DNA of 64,000 nucleotides from an uncultured bacterium (GTDB lineage Bacteria > SAR324 > NAC60-12): NCBI GenBank assembly GCA_965662235.1, contig CBFIGY010000016.1, positions 1 through 64,000 on the forward strand, read 5' to 3'. The translations under genes and the position numbers were made by a program. The notes beneath the pieces were generated by a model. It worked only from the letters and a program-made list of their open reading frames with translations, did not search any database and was not told the origin of the DNA. This document shows, one piece after another, positions 1-8,771 of the stretch; positions within the stretch are counted from its first letter, which is position 1; every line of letters starts with the position of its first letter.

Positions 1-98
1 TTGCGTCCAAAGGGCCCCTTGAGGTCCTGAAGGATGACGCAACGGAAAAAACGATAGCGATTGAACTTTTGGGATGGACACCGAAGGTCGGTCGGCAT
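1..98 (-). mobile_element. N-terminus of a probable tyrosine integrase (DUF6538-like N-terminal region), truncated by the window edge
   Basis: Hand translation from ATG at 98: MPTDLRCPSQKFNRYRFFRCVILQDLKGPFGR..., preceded by purine-rich GGAAAGGGG. Resembles the YxFRxxIPxDLxxxxG pattern of integrase N-termini and lies about 120 bp past a tRNA 3' end. Confidence 0.5.
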
Positions 99-118
99 GG
101 CTGGACCCCTTTCCCAAA

Positions 119-154
119 TGTGACAAAAAGTGGGACACAAACTGGGACCAAGGT
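119..154. repeat. Three imperfect 12-bp direct repeats, candidate integrase arm-type sites
   Basis: TGTGACAAAAAG / TGGGACACAAAC / TGGGACCAAGGT in tandem between the tRNA and the putative integrase start. Confidence 0.55.
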
Positions 155-221
155 ACCGAGGGCACCATGTCAGAGAGGAGGACTCTCTAAGAAACTAAAG
201 TGATGAAGGGGACCTGAGGGG

Positions 222-298
222 TGGGGCGAAAGACGGGACTTGAACCCGCGACCACCGGAATCACAATCCGGTGCTCTACCAGCTGAGCTACTTTCGCC
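222..298 (-). tRNA. tRNA-His (GUG)
   Basis: Reverse complement GGCGAAAGTAGCTCAGCTGGTAGAGCACCGGATTGTGATTCCGGTGGTCGCGGGTTCAAGTCCCGTCTTTCGCCCCA: GTG anticodon, TTCAA T-loop, encoded G-1, C73 and CCA. Confidence 0.97.
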
Positions 299-360
299 AT
301 CCAAAGTGGAAACAGCTATTTTTAAGAGAGATGCCTTGGACACGCAAGCTATTTTTCATG

Positions 361-1437
361 TCAGGCTCGATTCCGGGGCAAGAAGACCTGAAAGCAGGCG
401 CCTCCTCCGGACCGGTTTTGGTAGCGCAACAGGCCGCTGTGAGCCTGCAGGATTCGTTGGGAAATCGATAGTCCCAATCCGTTACCTTCCGGCTTGGTGG
501 TGAACAGGGGCTGGAACAGGCGTTCCTGATGTTCAGGCGGCACTCCGGGGCCTTCGTCTTCCACCAACACCTGGAGGTACGCGAGAGTCGGGTCAAGGTT
601 GGTGCCTGCCAGCTCCCACGGATGGCAGTACTCGGTCCGGATGGTGAGGGTCCCTGCTTCAGGAGACGCTTGAGCGGCATTCCGGATCAGGTTCAGGAAC
701 ACCTGGTGCAGCTTGTCCCGATCTCCGGTCACCTCAGGCAAAGAAGGATCAAAGCGTGTCTGAAAAGTCAGAGCGGCGTTGATGCTGCGCTCAAACTCAA
801 TGATGGTGCTGAGCAGCTCATGGACGTTGAAGGAGGAGACGCTCAGGGGCATGGGGTGTGAGAGGAACAGGAGGTGCCGCAGCAGGCGTTCAATGCGCCC
901 GAGCTCTCCCAGCATCATTTCCACGCCATCGGTTTCCAGCCCAGCCGCCTCCAGTTCACGTTCGTGCAACTGCAGCATCCCCTTCACGCCACCCAGTGGA
1001 TTCTGAACCTCGTGGGCCAAGGACGCCACCAGCAACCCCAGCGAGTGGGCAAACTGTTCCTCCTGCTCCTTGTGTCGGGCTTCAGCCAGAGACGTGGTTT
1101 CCAGCAACGTCAGTAAGGCACCGTGCTGCAGGCCTTCAGTGTCATAGAGCGGCGCTAGAACAAGTTCGGCGATCTTTCCCTGAAACGGAGGGCTTTCTAG
1201 GCGTTCGGCACTGAGACGAAACTCCTTTCCCTGATCCAGTACCTGCTGCATCCGGGCGACCAAGCGTTCGTCTTGCGGGAACAGCTCGGCAAAGGAAATT
1301 CCTTGCAGGCGTTCTAGGTCCTGGTGAAAGAGCTGGGTGGCCACCTCGTTGGCATGCTGAATCCGACCCTCAGGGTCCAGCCCAAGGACGGCGTGGCGGA
1401 GTTGCTGTAGCAGTTCGGCAGGCGAGAAACCAGACAT
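361..1437 (-). CDS. PAS-domain sensor histidine kinase (NtrB-like)
   Basis: H-box LAHEVQNPL, N-box QVFLNLIRNA, G1 DEGPG, F-box LFQPLFTTK, G2 GNGLGL. Confidence 0.9.
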   Translation of the reverse strand: MSGFSPAELLQQLRHAVLGLDPEGRIQHANEVATQLFHQDLERLQGISFAELFPQDERLVARMQQVLDQGKEFRLSAERLESPPFQGKIAELVLAPLYDTEGLQHGALLTLLETTSLAEARHKEQEEQFAHSLGLLVASLAHEVQNPLGGVKGMLQLHERELEAAGLETDGVEMMLGELGRIERLLRHLLFLSHPMPLSVSSFNVHELLSTIIEFERSINAALTFQTRFDPSLPEVTGDRDKLHQVFLNLIRNAAQASPEAGTLTIRTEYCHPWELAGTNLDPTLAYLQVLVEDEGPGVPPEHQERLFQPLFTTKPEGNGLGLSISQRILQAHSGLLRYQNRSGGGACFQVFLPRNRA

Positions 1438-1470
1438 GGGCTGTGATCCAAGCAGGTTGCAAAAGGTTGG

Positions 1471-2061
1471 CTAACGGACCGAGGTGACCGGCTGTTTGAT
1501 GGAAACGAGGTTCTGAGGGCGACTGTAGGTCAGTGAGTCTCCCGTGAGTAGGCTTCCCTCGTACTGCACCTGAACCGGCTTGGGCAGATTCAGGAACTCG
1601 TTGGTGATGTCATAAACTGCGGTTTCCGTCAAGACAACAGGCCCCTGCACCTGCTGAACCACCACCTTGCCCTGGAGGGTGATGCGGTTGGAACGCCACT
1701 CCACAAGTCCCTGCTCGGCAGACACCTCGAGGTCGACGACCGGCGTTTGCATCGGCTCCGTCCCTGCTTGAAACACCTCAATGGTGACCCCTTCGATGCG
1801 CATCCGCTGAGAATCTTCCAAAACCACGGCTCGTTTGCCCCGCAGCTGCCACCGCGGTGAAGCATCTTGGAAATCGTGAATGAGGATTTCGGTCAGCACC
1901 AAGGTGCCCTGCTCTTCCGGAATCGGCGCTTCCGTGAGTTCTCCGGTGTAGAAGTAAACGGTGCCAGCGCCCAGCAGGCCACCGAGGAAGATCAGGACCA
2001 GCAGCTCCCTCAGGTTCTGACGGAGCAGCGAAAGGAGGGTGTCGTGTCCGGGAACGGACAT
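1471..2061 (-). CDS. lptC: LPS export periplasmic protein LptC
   Basis: One N-terminal TM helix followed by beta-jellyroll-like sequence (WQLRGKRA, ITLQGKVVV, LTETAVYD); start placed at ATG 2061. Confidence 0.7.
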   Translation of the reverse strand: MSVPGHDTLLSLLRQNLRELLVLIFLGGLLGAGTVYFYTGELTEAPIPEEQGTLVLTEILIHDFQDASPRWQLRGKRAVVLEDSQRMRIEGVTIEVFQAGTEPMQTPVVDLEVSAEQGLVEWRSNRITLQGKVVVQQVQGPVVLTETAVYDITNEFLNLPKPVQVQYEGSLLTGDSLTYSRPQNLVSIKQPVTSVR

Positions 2062-2065
2062 GGAT

Positions 2066-2503
2066 TTAGAAGCGCAGGTTGAAGAGGGTGGTGGACCAGC
2101 GGCTCGCGTCTGGCTCCTGCCGGCGCGTGTAAAGGGCCTCCGGAAGGGGCGCGTTTGAAGCCTGAGGGGGCCCAAACTGAGGCGTGGGCAGCTTCAGCAA
2201 AAAGCGCTGGTCGAAGGTGACTCCGTTGATGATGACGTAAATGCCGAGTCCATACCCCAAGAGTCCTCCCACTGTGGCACCTGTCACAATCGACTCGCGG
2301 AAGTTGACTCCGGAGACCAGTTGGTAGGAGAGGCCCATCGTGGCTCCCCATCCGGAGCCCCACAGGGTGTTCCAGAAGATGGACTGCATCACGGGGGGCT
2401 TGGCCGCTCCGGTGGCTGCCGGAGTTTGAGCCTGCAGCGACGTCACAAACAGGCCAAGAAGCATCACAAAAACAACCAGTGACTTGCGCAAGGATGGGCG
2501 CAT
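2066..2503 (-). CDS. Secreted glycine-zipper protein with C-terminal Phe
   Basis: Signal peptide (..SLQA), two Gly-rich helices (WGSGWGATMG, GATVGGLLGYGLG), ends TLFNLRF. Confidence 0.7.
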   Translation of the reverse strand: MRPSLRKSLVVFVMLLGLFVTSLQAQTPAATGAAKPPVMQSIFWNTLWGSGWGATMGLSYQLVSGVNFRESIVTGATVGGLLGYGLGIYVIINGVTFDQRFLLKLPTPQFGPPQASNAPLPEALYTRRQEPDASRWSTTLFNLRF

Positions 2504-2523
2504 GGAATCAAGACGGAAGCAGG

Positions 2524-2988
2524 TTAAAAGCGAAATTGCCATACGGGAACGTTGATCTGGAAGCCCTGAGCGGTCGGAGACCGGGGCTCGGTGGCCGGCC
2601 ACATGGCGTCTTCTTCGCGTCCCAGTAGCTGGTCAATGTTGGTCGGAGCCGCCTGGTTGGGAAAGATGGCCGCGTTTTGCAACAGGTAAAACCCGAACAG
2701 GGCTCCCAAGGTGCTTCCCACGACAAAGCCATCTCTGACGTTGCCCCGGAGGGTCACAGAAGGATTGAGCGGATCCATGAACCAGACCAGGACGCCGAGC
2801 CCAGTCCCGATGACACCACCTCCAAGGGTGTAGCCCAGCTCCTGTTTCATCATCAGGGGGCCCGACTCCTGGGCAGCCGCTGAGTGCTGAAGCACCGCGA
2901 GGCTGAGCAGGGCGGCAAGGAAATAAGCGGGAAGGCGACGGAGGAAAGGGATATGCATGTGCTTGTTCCGGAAGCGTTTCTCTGTCAT
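2524..2988 (-). CDS. Secreted glycine-zipper protein with C-terminal Phe
   Basis: Signal peptide (..SAAA), GGGVIGTGLG and GSTLGALFG helices, ends VPVWQFRF; start may be the second Met. Confidence 0.7.
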   Translation of the reverse strand: MTEKRFRNKHMHIPFLRRLPAYFLAALLSLAVLQHSAAAQESGPLMMKQELGYTLGGGVIGTGLGVLVWFMDPLNPSVTLRGNVRDGFVVGSTLGALFGFYLLQNAAIFPNQAAPTNIDQLLGREEDAMWPATEPRSPTAQGFQINVPVWQFRF

Positions 2989-3035
2989 ATTTTCTCAAAA
3001 ATGCAGGCTGAAGCGTCGAATTGCTTCAGCGGTGA

Positions 3036-3731
3036 ATGAGAATTGCATTGTCTCCATGCAAACATGAATCCTCGAACTTCGTGACGCACGTGATTCTTCA
3101 ATTTCTTCGATCTCAATGCCGTTTGGTGCTCCCCGCGGGCTGCTTGTGTTTAGGAATCCTGCTCCTCCCCGGAGGACTCCAAGCTCAGGACCTGTACTCC
3201 GATCCCTTTGCGCAGGAGGACCCCTTCGCAGCCGAAGATCCCTTCAGCTCTGACTTCATGGATCCTTATCAAAGCGATTTTCAGGACCCCATGGGAACTC
3301 CTCCTCCAGGAGGCGCGTTTGAAGACCCCTTCATGCAGCAGCCGCAGGATCCGTTTCAAGCACCCCAGGATCAGACGGACCAGTACATCGATGAGTCTCA
3401 GTTTTCCGACTCCACGGAAAACCGGATCCGCTTCGATGTGGCCAATCGGCAACAGCTGCTTGCTGAGGAAAGGCAAAACGCTGTTGCCAACATCAGCTAT
3501 GGCGCTGGCACCGGACTCATGATTGGCACTTGGTTCGCCTTCATTCAGCAAGAAACCAACACGCGGAATCAGTTCCGGACGATTGGAACCTCCACAGTGC
3601 TGGGAGGCGTCTTGGGCACCATGCTGGGCACGCGTTCCGTGTGGGACCCCAACGCGCCACGTCCGGCAACAGGTCTGAATGTAGTTCCGACCAAGGACGG
3701 AATGGACATCGCCTTTCGCTGGGATTTTTAA
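3036..3731 (+). CDS. Secreted glycine-zipper protein with acidic DPF-repeat linker and C-terminal Phe
   Basis: Signal peptide (..GLQA), several DPF/DPY repeats, GAGTGLMIG and GGVLGTMLG helices, ends DIAFRWDF; true start probably downstream of 3036. Confidence 0.7.
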   Translation: MRIALSPCKHESSNFVTHVILQFLRSQCRLVLPAGCLCLGILLLPGGLQAQDLYSDPFAQEDPFAAEDPFSSDFMDPYQSDFQDPMGTPPPGGAFEDPFMQQPQDPFQAPQDQTDQYIDESQFSDSTENRIRFDVANRQQLLAEERQNAVANISYGAGTGLMIGTWFAFIQQETNTRNQFRTIGTSTVLGGVLGTMLGTRSVWDPNAPRPATGLNVVPTKDGMDIAFRWDF

Positions 3732-4687
3732 TCCCGGTGATTGCCGCGGAGCACCTGCTGCATCAGCCGATTGGTTTCCCGGAACCGATGATTGAGGGTG
3801 TGCAGCACCGCTCCGACACCAATGCTTCCAAACGCCAGCAGCATCAGTCCTGAAGCCAAGATCGCCGTGGGGACCTTGTCAACAAACGCGTCCTCCAAGT
3901 AGTCTAACACGACCCAAGTGCCGCTGAGACTCCCGAGCACCCCAAAGAACAGCCCCACTCCTCCGAAAAACGTAAAGGGCTTGTACGCCTTGGCGATGTT
4001 CGCAATCGTTGACAGCACCCGGTAGCCGTCACGGAAGGTGTGGAGCTTCGAGAAGCTGCCCTCCGGACGCTCGCGGTAGGGCACAGGCACCTCCGCGATG
4101 GCAAATCCGTAGTCCAGCACCCGGATCGTCATCTCCGTCTCCACCTCAAATCCAGAGGAAAGCACCGGAACCGTCTTCACCAGATCACGGTTGAAGGCAC
4201 GGTATCCGGACATGATGTCATTGAGGTTGCTCTGGAAAATCCAGTTGACGAGGTTCTTGACTAGGTTGTTGCCAAAGACATGCAGCGGCCGGAAGGACTC
4301 ATTGTGGTACTCCTCTAGCCGCGTGGCCACACTCATGTCCGCCGCCCCCTTCACCACAGGCTCCAGCAGGTGCAGCGCGTGCTCTGCAGAGTAGGTGTCG
4401 TCGCCATCCACCATCACGTAGTAATCAGCCTCAATCTTCCGGAACATGGAGGAGACCACGTACCCTTTCCCAGGGCGGCGTTCCGGAATGACCCGAGCTC
4501 CCAAGCGGGTGGCAATTTCTGCCGTACGGTCGGTGCTGTTGTTGTCAAAGACCACAATTTCCGCGTCCGGCAGGACGTTTTGGAAGTCTTGAATGACCTT
4601 GCCAATCGTAATCTCCTCATTGAGGCAGGGGATCATGACGGCCACCTTTCCAGGCGGAGGGAGAGGGAGGTCAGCTGAATGGGGCAT
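3728..4687 (-). CDS. Glycosyltransferase family 2 (polyprenol-phosphate sugar transferase-like)
   Basis: IPCLNEE, DNNSTD, GKG, MVDGDDTY, DIMSGYRAF, GFEVETE and two C-terminal TM helices. Confidence 0.92.
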   Translation of the reverse strand: MPHSADLPLPPPGKVAVMIPCLNEEITIGKVIQDFQNVLPDAEIVVFDNNSTDRTAEIATRLGARVIPERRPGKGYVVSSMFRKIEADYYVMVDGDDTYSAEHALHLLEPVVKGAADMSVATRLEEYHNESFRPLHVFGNNLVKNLVNWIFQSNLNDIMSGYRAFNRDLVKTVPVLSSGFEVETEMTIRVLDYGFAIAEVPVPYRERPEGSFSKLHTFRDGYRVLSTIANIAKAYKPFTFFGGVGLFFGVLGSLSGTWVVLDYLEDAFVDKVPTAILASGLMLLAFGSIGVGAVLHTLNHRFRETNRLMQQVLRGNHRD

Positions 4688-4697
4688 GTTTTTCCAG

Positions 4698-5402
4698 TTA
4701 GCGTTGATACTGCTTCTTCAGGCGTTCCAGTTCCTGATCGATTTCAGAGGACCCCGGGGCCTTCTGCTTCTGAGTCTGGGCTCCGGATGTGGAGCGGCGC
4801 TGACGCTTCAAGCGTGCCAGTTCTTCTTCAATCTCCTCCTGAAAGGAATGGAGTGAGGAGCGAGGGCGGGGACGAGGTCCCGCATTCAGGTCTTTTTCCA
4901 ACGATTCCAGCCACTCCTCGACCTCTTCATAGATGCGCTTGGCCCCGCGAAACAGGACCCCCAGTGGGTCTCGGGACTGCCCACGCAGGTCCCCAAACCA
5001 CGACCCCAGCTCCTGCAACAGGTCGTCCAGGGCCTCTTCTGGTGAAGGAATGTCGTCCGAGCGAGGCCGACGGGGGCGACTGGAAGAGGACGTGAACGAG
5101 GTCCGTGAGCCCTGAGTGCTCTGACGGGAAGAGCTTGAACGTGCTTGGCTTTTCTGTTGAGTTTGTTGGCTTCGCCTTGCCTGTCGTTGCTGATCATACG
5201 AGGCGCGCTTGGCGGCATCGCTCAGGGTTTCATAGGCCTGAGTGATCTGCACAAACCGCAACTGCCGTTGCTGCCGCTGCTCCTCCGTGTCCTCAGGATG
5301 AAGGTCCGGGTGCTCTGCTTTGGCGGCCTGACGGTACGCCCGGCGGATGACCTCCAGAGACGCATCGGGCGAGACCCCCAGTTGCTCATAATAATCCACC
5401 AT
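4698..5402 (-). CDS. J-domain (DnaJ-like) protein
   Basis: DYYEQLGV..IRRAYR..HPD..AYETLSD..RASYD; acidic helical C-terminus. Confidence 0.88.
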   Translation of the reverse strand: MVDYYEQLGVSPDASLEVIRRAYRQAAKAEHPDLHPEDTEEQRQQRQLRFVQITQAYETLSDAAKRASYDQQRQARRSQQTQQKSQARSSSSRQSTQGSRTSFTSSSSRPRRPRSDDIPSPEEALDDLLQELGSWFGDLRGQSRDPLGVLFRGAKRIYEEVEEWLESLEKDLNAGPRPRPRSSLHSFQEEIEEELARLKRQRRSTSGAQTQKQKAPGSSEIDQELERLKKQYQR

Positions 5403-5428
5403 TCGCCCTCACCGCACCGAGAAAGTTC

Positions 5429-6034
5429 ATGGAACGCATCGTTTACTTTGACCTAGAAACCAAATACTCCGCTGAAGAAGTCGGGGGCTGGAGCAACATT
5501 GAAGACATGGGCCTGTCAGTGGGCGTCATCTGGGACTCAAAGGACGCAGACTTTACGGTTTATCTCGACCATCAGGTGCAAGCACTGGTGGATCACTGCC
5601 GGCGTGCCGACCTGGTGGTGGGCTTCAACCACGTTGGCTTTGACTACCGGGTGCTCGCCGGCGCCCGCTTTGCGGACCGTCAGCAGCGTCAGCAACTCTA
5701 CACGGAGCTGGTGGGACGTCCGAACATGGACATGCTGACCGAACTCAAGAAGGAACTGGGCCACCGGTTGAAACTGGAATCCATTGCCCGACCTACCCTC
5801 GGTGCCGGGAAGTCGGCCGATGGCCTGCAAGCCCTGCAGTGGTACAAAGAAGGTAAAATCGACAAAATCATCGAATACTGCAAGATGGATGTCCAGGTGA
5901 CCCGAGACGTGTACCTGCACGCCATCGAACACGGACACCTCGATTACGAATCCCGGACGGGCATCAAGCGGGTGCAACTCAACTGGGCCAATGAGGCCAA
6001 GCGTCCGGAAGCCCAACAGATGTCCTTGTTTTGA
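5429..6034 (+). CDS. Stand-alone RNase H-like (DEDD) 3'-5' exonuclease
   Basis: FDLET (ExoI), GFNHVGFD (ExoII), YCKMDV (ExoIII), KSADGLQALQWY; ends QMSLF. Confidence 0.85.
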   Translation: MERIVYFDLETKYSAEEVGGWSNIEDMGLSVGVIWDSKDADFTVYLDHQVQALVDHCRRADLVVGFNHVGFDYRVLAGARFADRQQRQQLYTELVGRPNMDMLTELKKELGHRLKLESIARPTLGAGKSADGLQALQWYKEGKIDKIIEYCKMDVQVTRDVYLHAIEHGHLDYESRTGIKRVQLNWANEAKRPEAQQMSLF

Positions 6035-6080
6035 GGTATCTTAAAGGTTCATCCGCATAACACCAATTTTTTTTGCCTCC

Positions 6081-6878
6081 ATGACCTTCACAACCCTGCT
6101 TCAGCAACGGGTGGCTCAAACCCGCTCCCTTCTTTGCGTTGGGCTGGACCCGATTCTGGAACGCCTTCCGCCTTCGGTACCACCAACACCAGCCGGCGTG
6201 GTCCACTTCCTCAAACAGGTCCTTGAGGCAACGGCCCCCTTTGCTGCAGCCGTGAAGCCCAACTTTGCCTTCTTTGAAGCGTTGGGACCCGTCGGGACTG
6301 AGGTTCTGCAAGAGGTCCTGGCCGCCGTTCCAGAAGGACTCCCTATCATTGCTGATGCCAAGCGGGGGGACATTGGCACCTCATCCGCCATGTACGCCCG
6401 GGCAATTTTTGAAGGCTGGGGCTGCCACGCCATCACCGTGGCTCCGTACATGGGCTCAGACTCAGTCCGGCCCTTTCTGGAATACACGGACCGGGGCGTG
6501 TTTGTGCTCTGCCTGACGTCGAATCCAGGCGCCCAGGATTTTCAGCTCCCGGACCTGCACCTTGCGGTGGCCAAGAAGGTTCAGGAGTGGAACCAACACG
6601 AGAACGCCGGCTTGGTCGTTGGAGCCACCCGTCCGGAGGCCATTGGAGCCATCCGTGCCGTAACGGGGCCGATGCCGTACCTGATTCCCGGAGTTGGGGC
6701 GCAGGGGGGAGCCATGGAGGAAACGCTACAGGCCGCCGCTGACGGGACCTCGATTCCGTGCCTCATCAACGCCTCTAGGAGCATTCTTTACGCGTCATCG
6801 GGAGAGGACTTTGCTCAGGCCGCGGCTCAAGAGGCCGAGCGGCTCAAGCAGTCCATGGCCGCTCACGTTTCTGCCTGA
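6081..6878 (+). CDS. pyrF: Orotidine-5'-phosphate decarboxylase
   Basis: LCVGLDP, KPNFAFFE, DAKRGDIG, LIPGVGAQGG, NASRSI. Confidence 0.96.
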   Translation: MTFTTLLQQRVAQTRSLLCVGLDPILERLPPSVPPTPAGVVHFLKQVLEATAPFAAAVKPNFAFFEALGPVGTEVLQEVLAAVPEGLPIIADAKRGDIGTSSAMYARAIFEGWGCHAITVAPYMGSDSVRPFLEYTDRGVFVLCLTSNPGAQDFQLPDLHLAVAKKVQEWNQHENAGLVVGATRPEAIGAIRAVTGPMPYLIPGVGAQGGAMEETLQAAADGTSIPCLINASRSILYASSGEDFAQAAAQEAERLKQSMAAHVSA

Positions 6879-7561
6879 GTCTGCTGCACCTGCCATTGGG
6901 CAAAGGTGTAGTCTTCCGGGAGGGTCAGTTTCAGGTTCTGCCGTTCTCCCGGAACGCTGTGCACCGTCCACCCGGCCCGCTCCATGAGCGAGGCGTCGTC
7001 GGTGACTTCCCAGTTTTCTGCAAGCGCCTGCTGCGACGCCTGCCACAGCAACTCCCGGCGACTGCCCTGCGGTGTCTGTACGGCGAACAGCTCCGACCGG
7101 TTTTCTAAGTGGGTACCCGTGGCGTTGATCCGTCGGATCGTGTCCACCAGCGGCACCACCGGAATGACGGCCTCCTGTTGCTCCAGCGCCTCCAGCACCC
7201 GGGTGATGAGCGCTGCCGATGTGAAGGGACGGGCGCCATCTTGAACGAGGACCCACGGTGCGGCATCCGGAGCCTGCGTCAGCACCTCAAGTGCCGCGTG
7301 CACGGAGTCCTGGCGCCGGGCTCCTCCGCGGACGAGGGTCACTGAAAACGGGGCCAGCAGTTCCTCAAACGTGGCCCAGTCCACCTCCGAGGCCGTCACC
7401 AACAAGCGTCGAATCTGAGGGTGAGCATGAAAGGTGGCCACGGTTTCTTCCAAGACCGTCCGGGCGCCCAGTGGAAGCAGCAGCTTGTTGCGGCCCGCCT
7501 GCATTCGGGAACCCCCTCCTGCGGCAGCAATGATGACGTCTGCGTGAACGGATGGGCTCAT
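6863..7561 (-). CDS. ispD: 2-C-methyl-D-erythritol 4-phosphate cytidylyltransferase
   Basis: AAGGGSRM..NK, GGARRQDSV, DGARP, VQTPQ, TDDAS, NLKLT. Confidence 0.93.
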   Translation of the reverse strand: MSPSVHADVIIAAAGGGSRMQAGRNKLLLPLGARTVLEETVATFHAHPQIRRLLVTASEVDWATFEELLAPFSVTLVRGGARRQDSVHAALEVLTQAPDAAPWVLVQDGARPFTSAALITRVLEALEQQEAVIPVVPLVDTIRRINATGTHLENRSELFAVQTPQGSRRELLWQASQQALAENWEVTDDASLMERAGWTVHSVPGERQNLKLTLPEDYTFAQWQVQQTQAET

Positions 7562-7702
7562 GCCTCCTCCGGAACCGCACTTGGCGCAGTCACAGCGTCC
7601 CGGAACAGGGAAGTGGATGAGGCTTGAGTCTCTTGCCCACGATTCGTACTGTACTGGCCTGGATGAATTTTCGGGACCTTCATAAACACAACAGGAGCGA
7701 GC

Positions 7703-8578
7703 ATGTCGGAAGCAGTTGCATTCCTCGGATTAGGCGTCATGGGGTTTCCCATGGCCGGGCATTTGGCACAGGCAGGGCACCCGGTGACAGTGTACAATCG
7801 AACCGCTGCAAAAGCCCAGCAGTGGTCGGCAACCTATTCCGGAAGCACGGCCCCCACTCCTGCCCAAGCGGCTGCTGGCAAACGCGTGGTCATGGCCTGC
7901 GTGGGTAACGATGACGACCTGCGGCAGGTGACCATTGGTCCGGAAGGGGCCTTTGAGGCGATGGCTCCCGGAAGCATCTTTGTGGATCATACCACGGCCT
8001 CGGCGCAAGTGGCACGTGAGCTGTCCGCTGAGGCGCAAAAGCGAGGCTTCCAGTTCATTGATGCCCCCATCTCTGGAGGGCAATCGGGTGCCGAAAAGGG
8101 CATCCTGACGGTGATGTGCGGAGGCGATCCGGAGGCCTTTGCTCAGGCTGAGCCACTGATTCAGGCCTACGCGCAGCGGGTTCAGCTGCTGGGCCCCAGT
8201 GGATACGGTCAGCTGACCAAGATGGTCAATCAGATCTGCATCGCTGGGCTCCTGCAGGGGCTTTCTGAAGGCATCCACTTTGCGCAGGCTTCAGGCCTTG
8301 ATGTGGACGCCGTGATTGAGACGATCTCCAAAGGAGCCGCCCAGTCTTGGCAGATGGAAAACCGCTCTGCAACAATGAATGCCGGCAAGTTTGACTATGG
8401 GTTTGCCATCGACTGGATGCGCAAGGACCTTGGCATTGCTCTGGATGAAGCCAAGGCAAATGGCGCACAGCTCCCTGTGACCGCACTGGTGGATCAGTTT
8501 TATGCTCAGCTGCAGGCCGAAGGACACGGACGCTGGGACACCTCAAGCCTCATTACCCGCCTTCAGCCTAAGGCATAA
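7703..8578 (+). CDS. NAD(P)-dependent beta-hydroxyacid dehydrogenase (3-hydroxyisobutyrate/tartronate semialdehyde family)
   Basis: FLGLGVMG, DAPISGG, GQLTKMVNQ, WMRKDL. Confidence 0.92.
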   Translation: MSEAVAFLGLGVMGFPMAGHLAQAGHPVTVYNRTAAKAQQWSATYSGSTAPTPAQAAAGKRVVMACVGNDDDLRQVTIGPEGAFEAMAPGSIFVDHTTASAQVARELSAEAQKRGFQFIDAPISGGQSGAEKGILTVMCGGDPEAFAQAEPLIQAYAQRVQLLGPSGYGQLTKMVNQICIAGLLQGLSEGIHFAQASGLDVDAVIETISKGAAQSWQMENRSATMNAGKFDYGFAIDWMRKDLGIALDEAKANGAQLPVTALVDQFYAQLQAEGHGRWDTSSLITRLQPKA

Positions 8579-8771
8579 CTCCCTCGTTTCTCACGGTTCT
8601 TCCGGGCTCACCGCTTGGTCCGGAAGTTTTGAATTGTGGTTCTTTTCAAAAAAGGAGATTCATGAGGGAATTGACCTCTCATTTCCTTTAATGAAAGGTC
8701 TCCACGGACACGGCTCCACGCTTTGAAAAAAGCCGGGGCCCTTGACCCCTCATCAATTTGGAGAGAATGCA

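Noticed and set aside
240..680. Short ORFs overlapping the tRNA-His and the kinase 3' end
   Set aside because: They are explained by the tRNA and the kinase frame and have no protein-like features.
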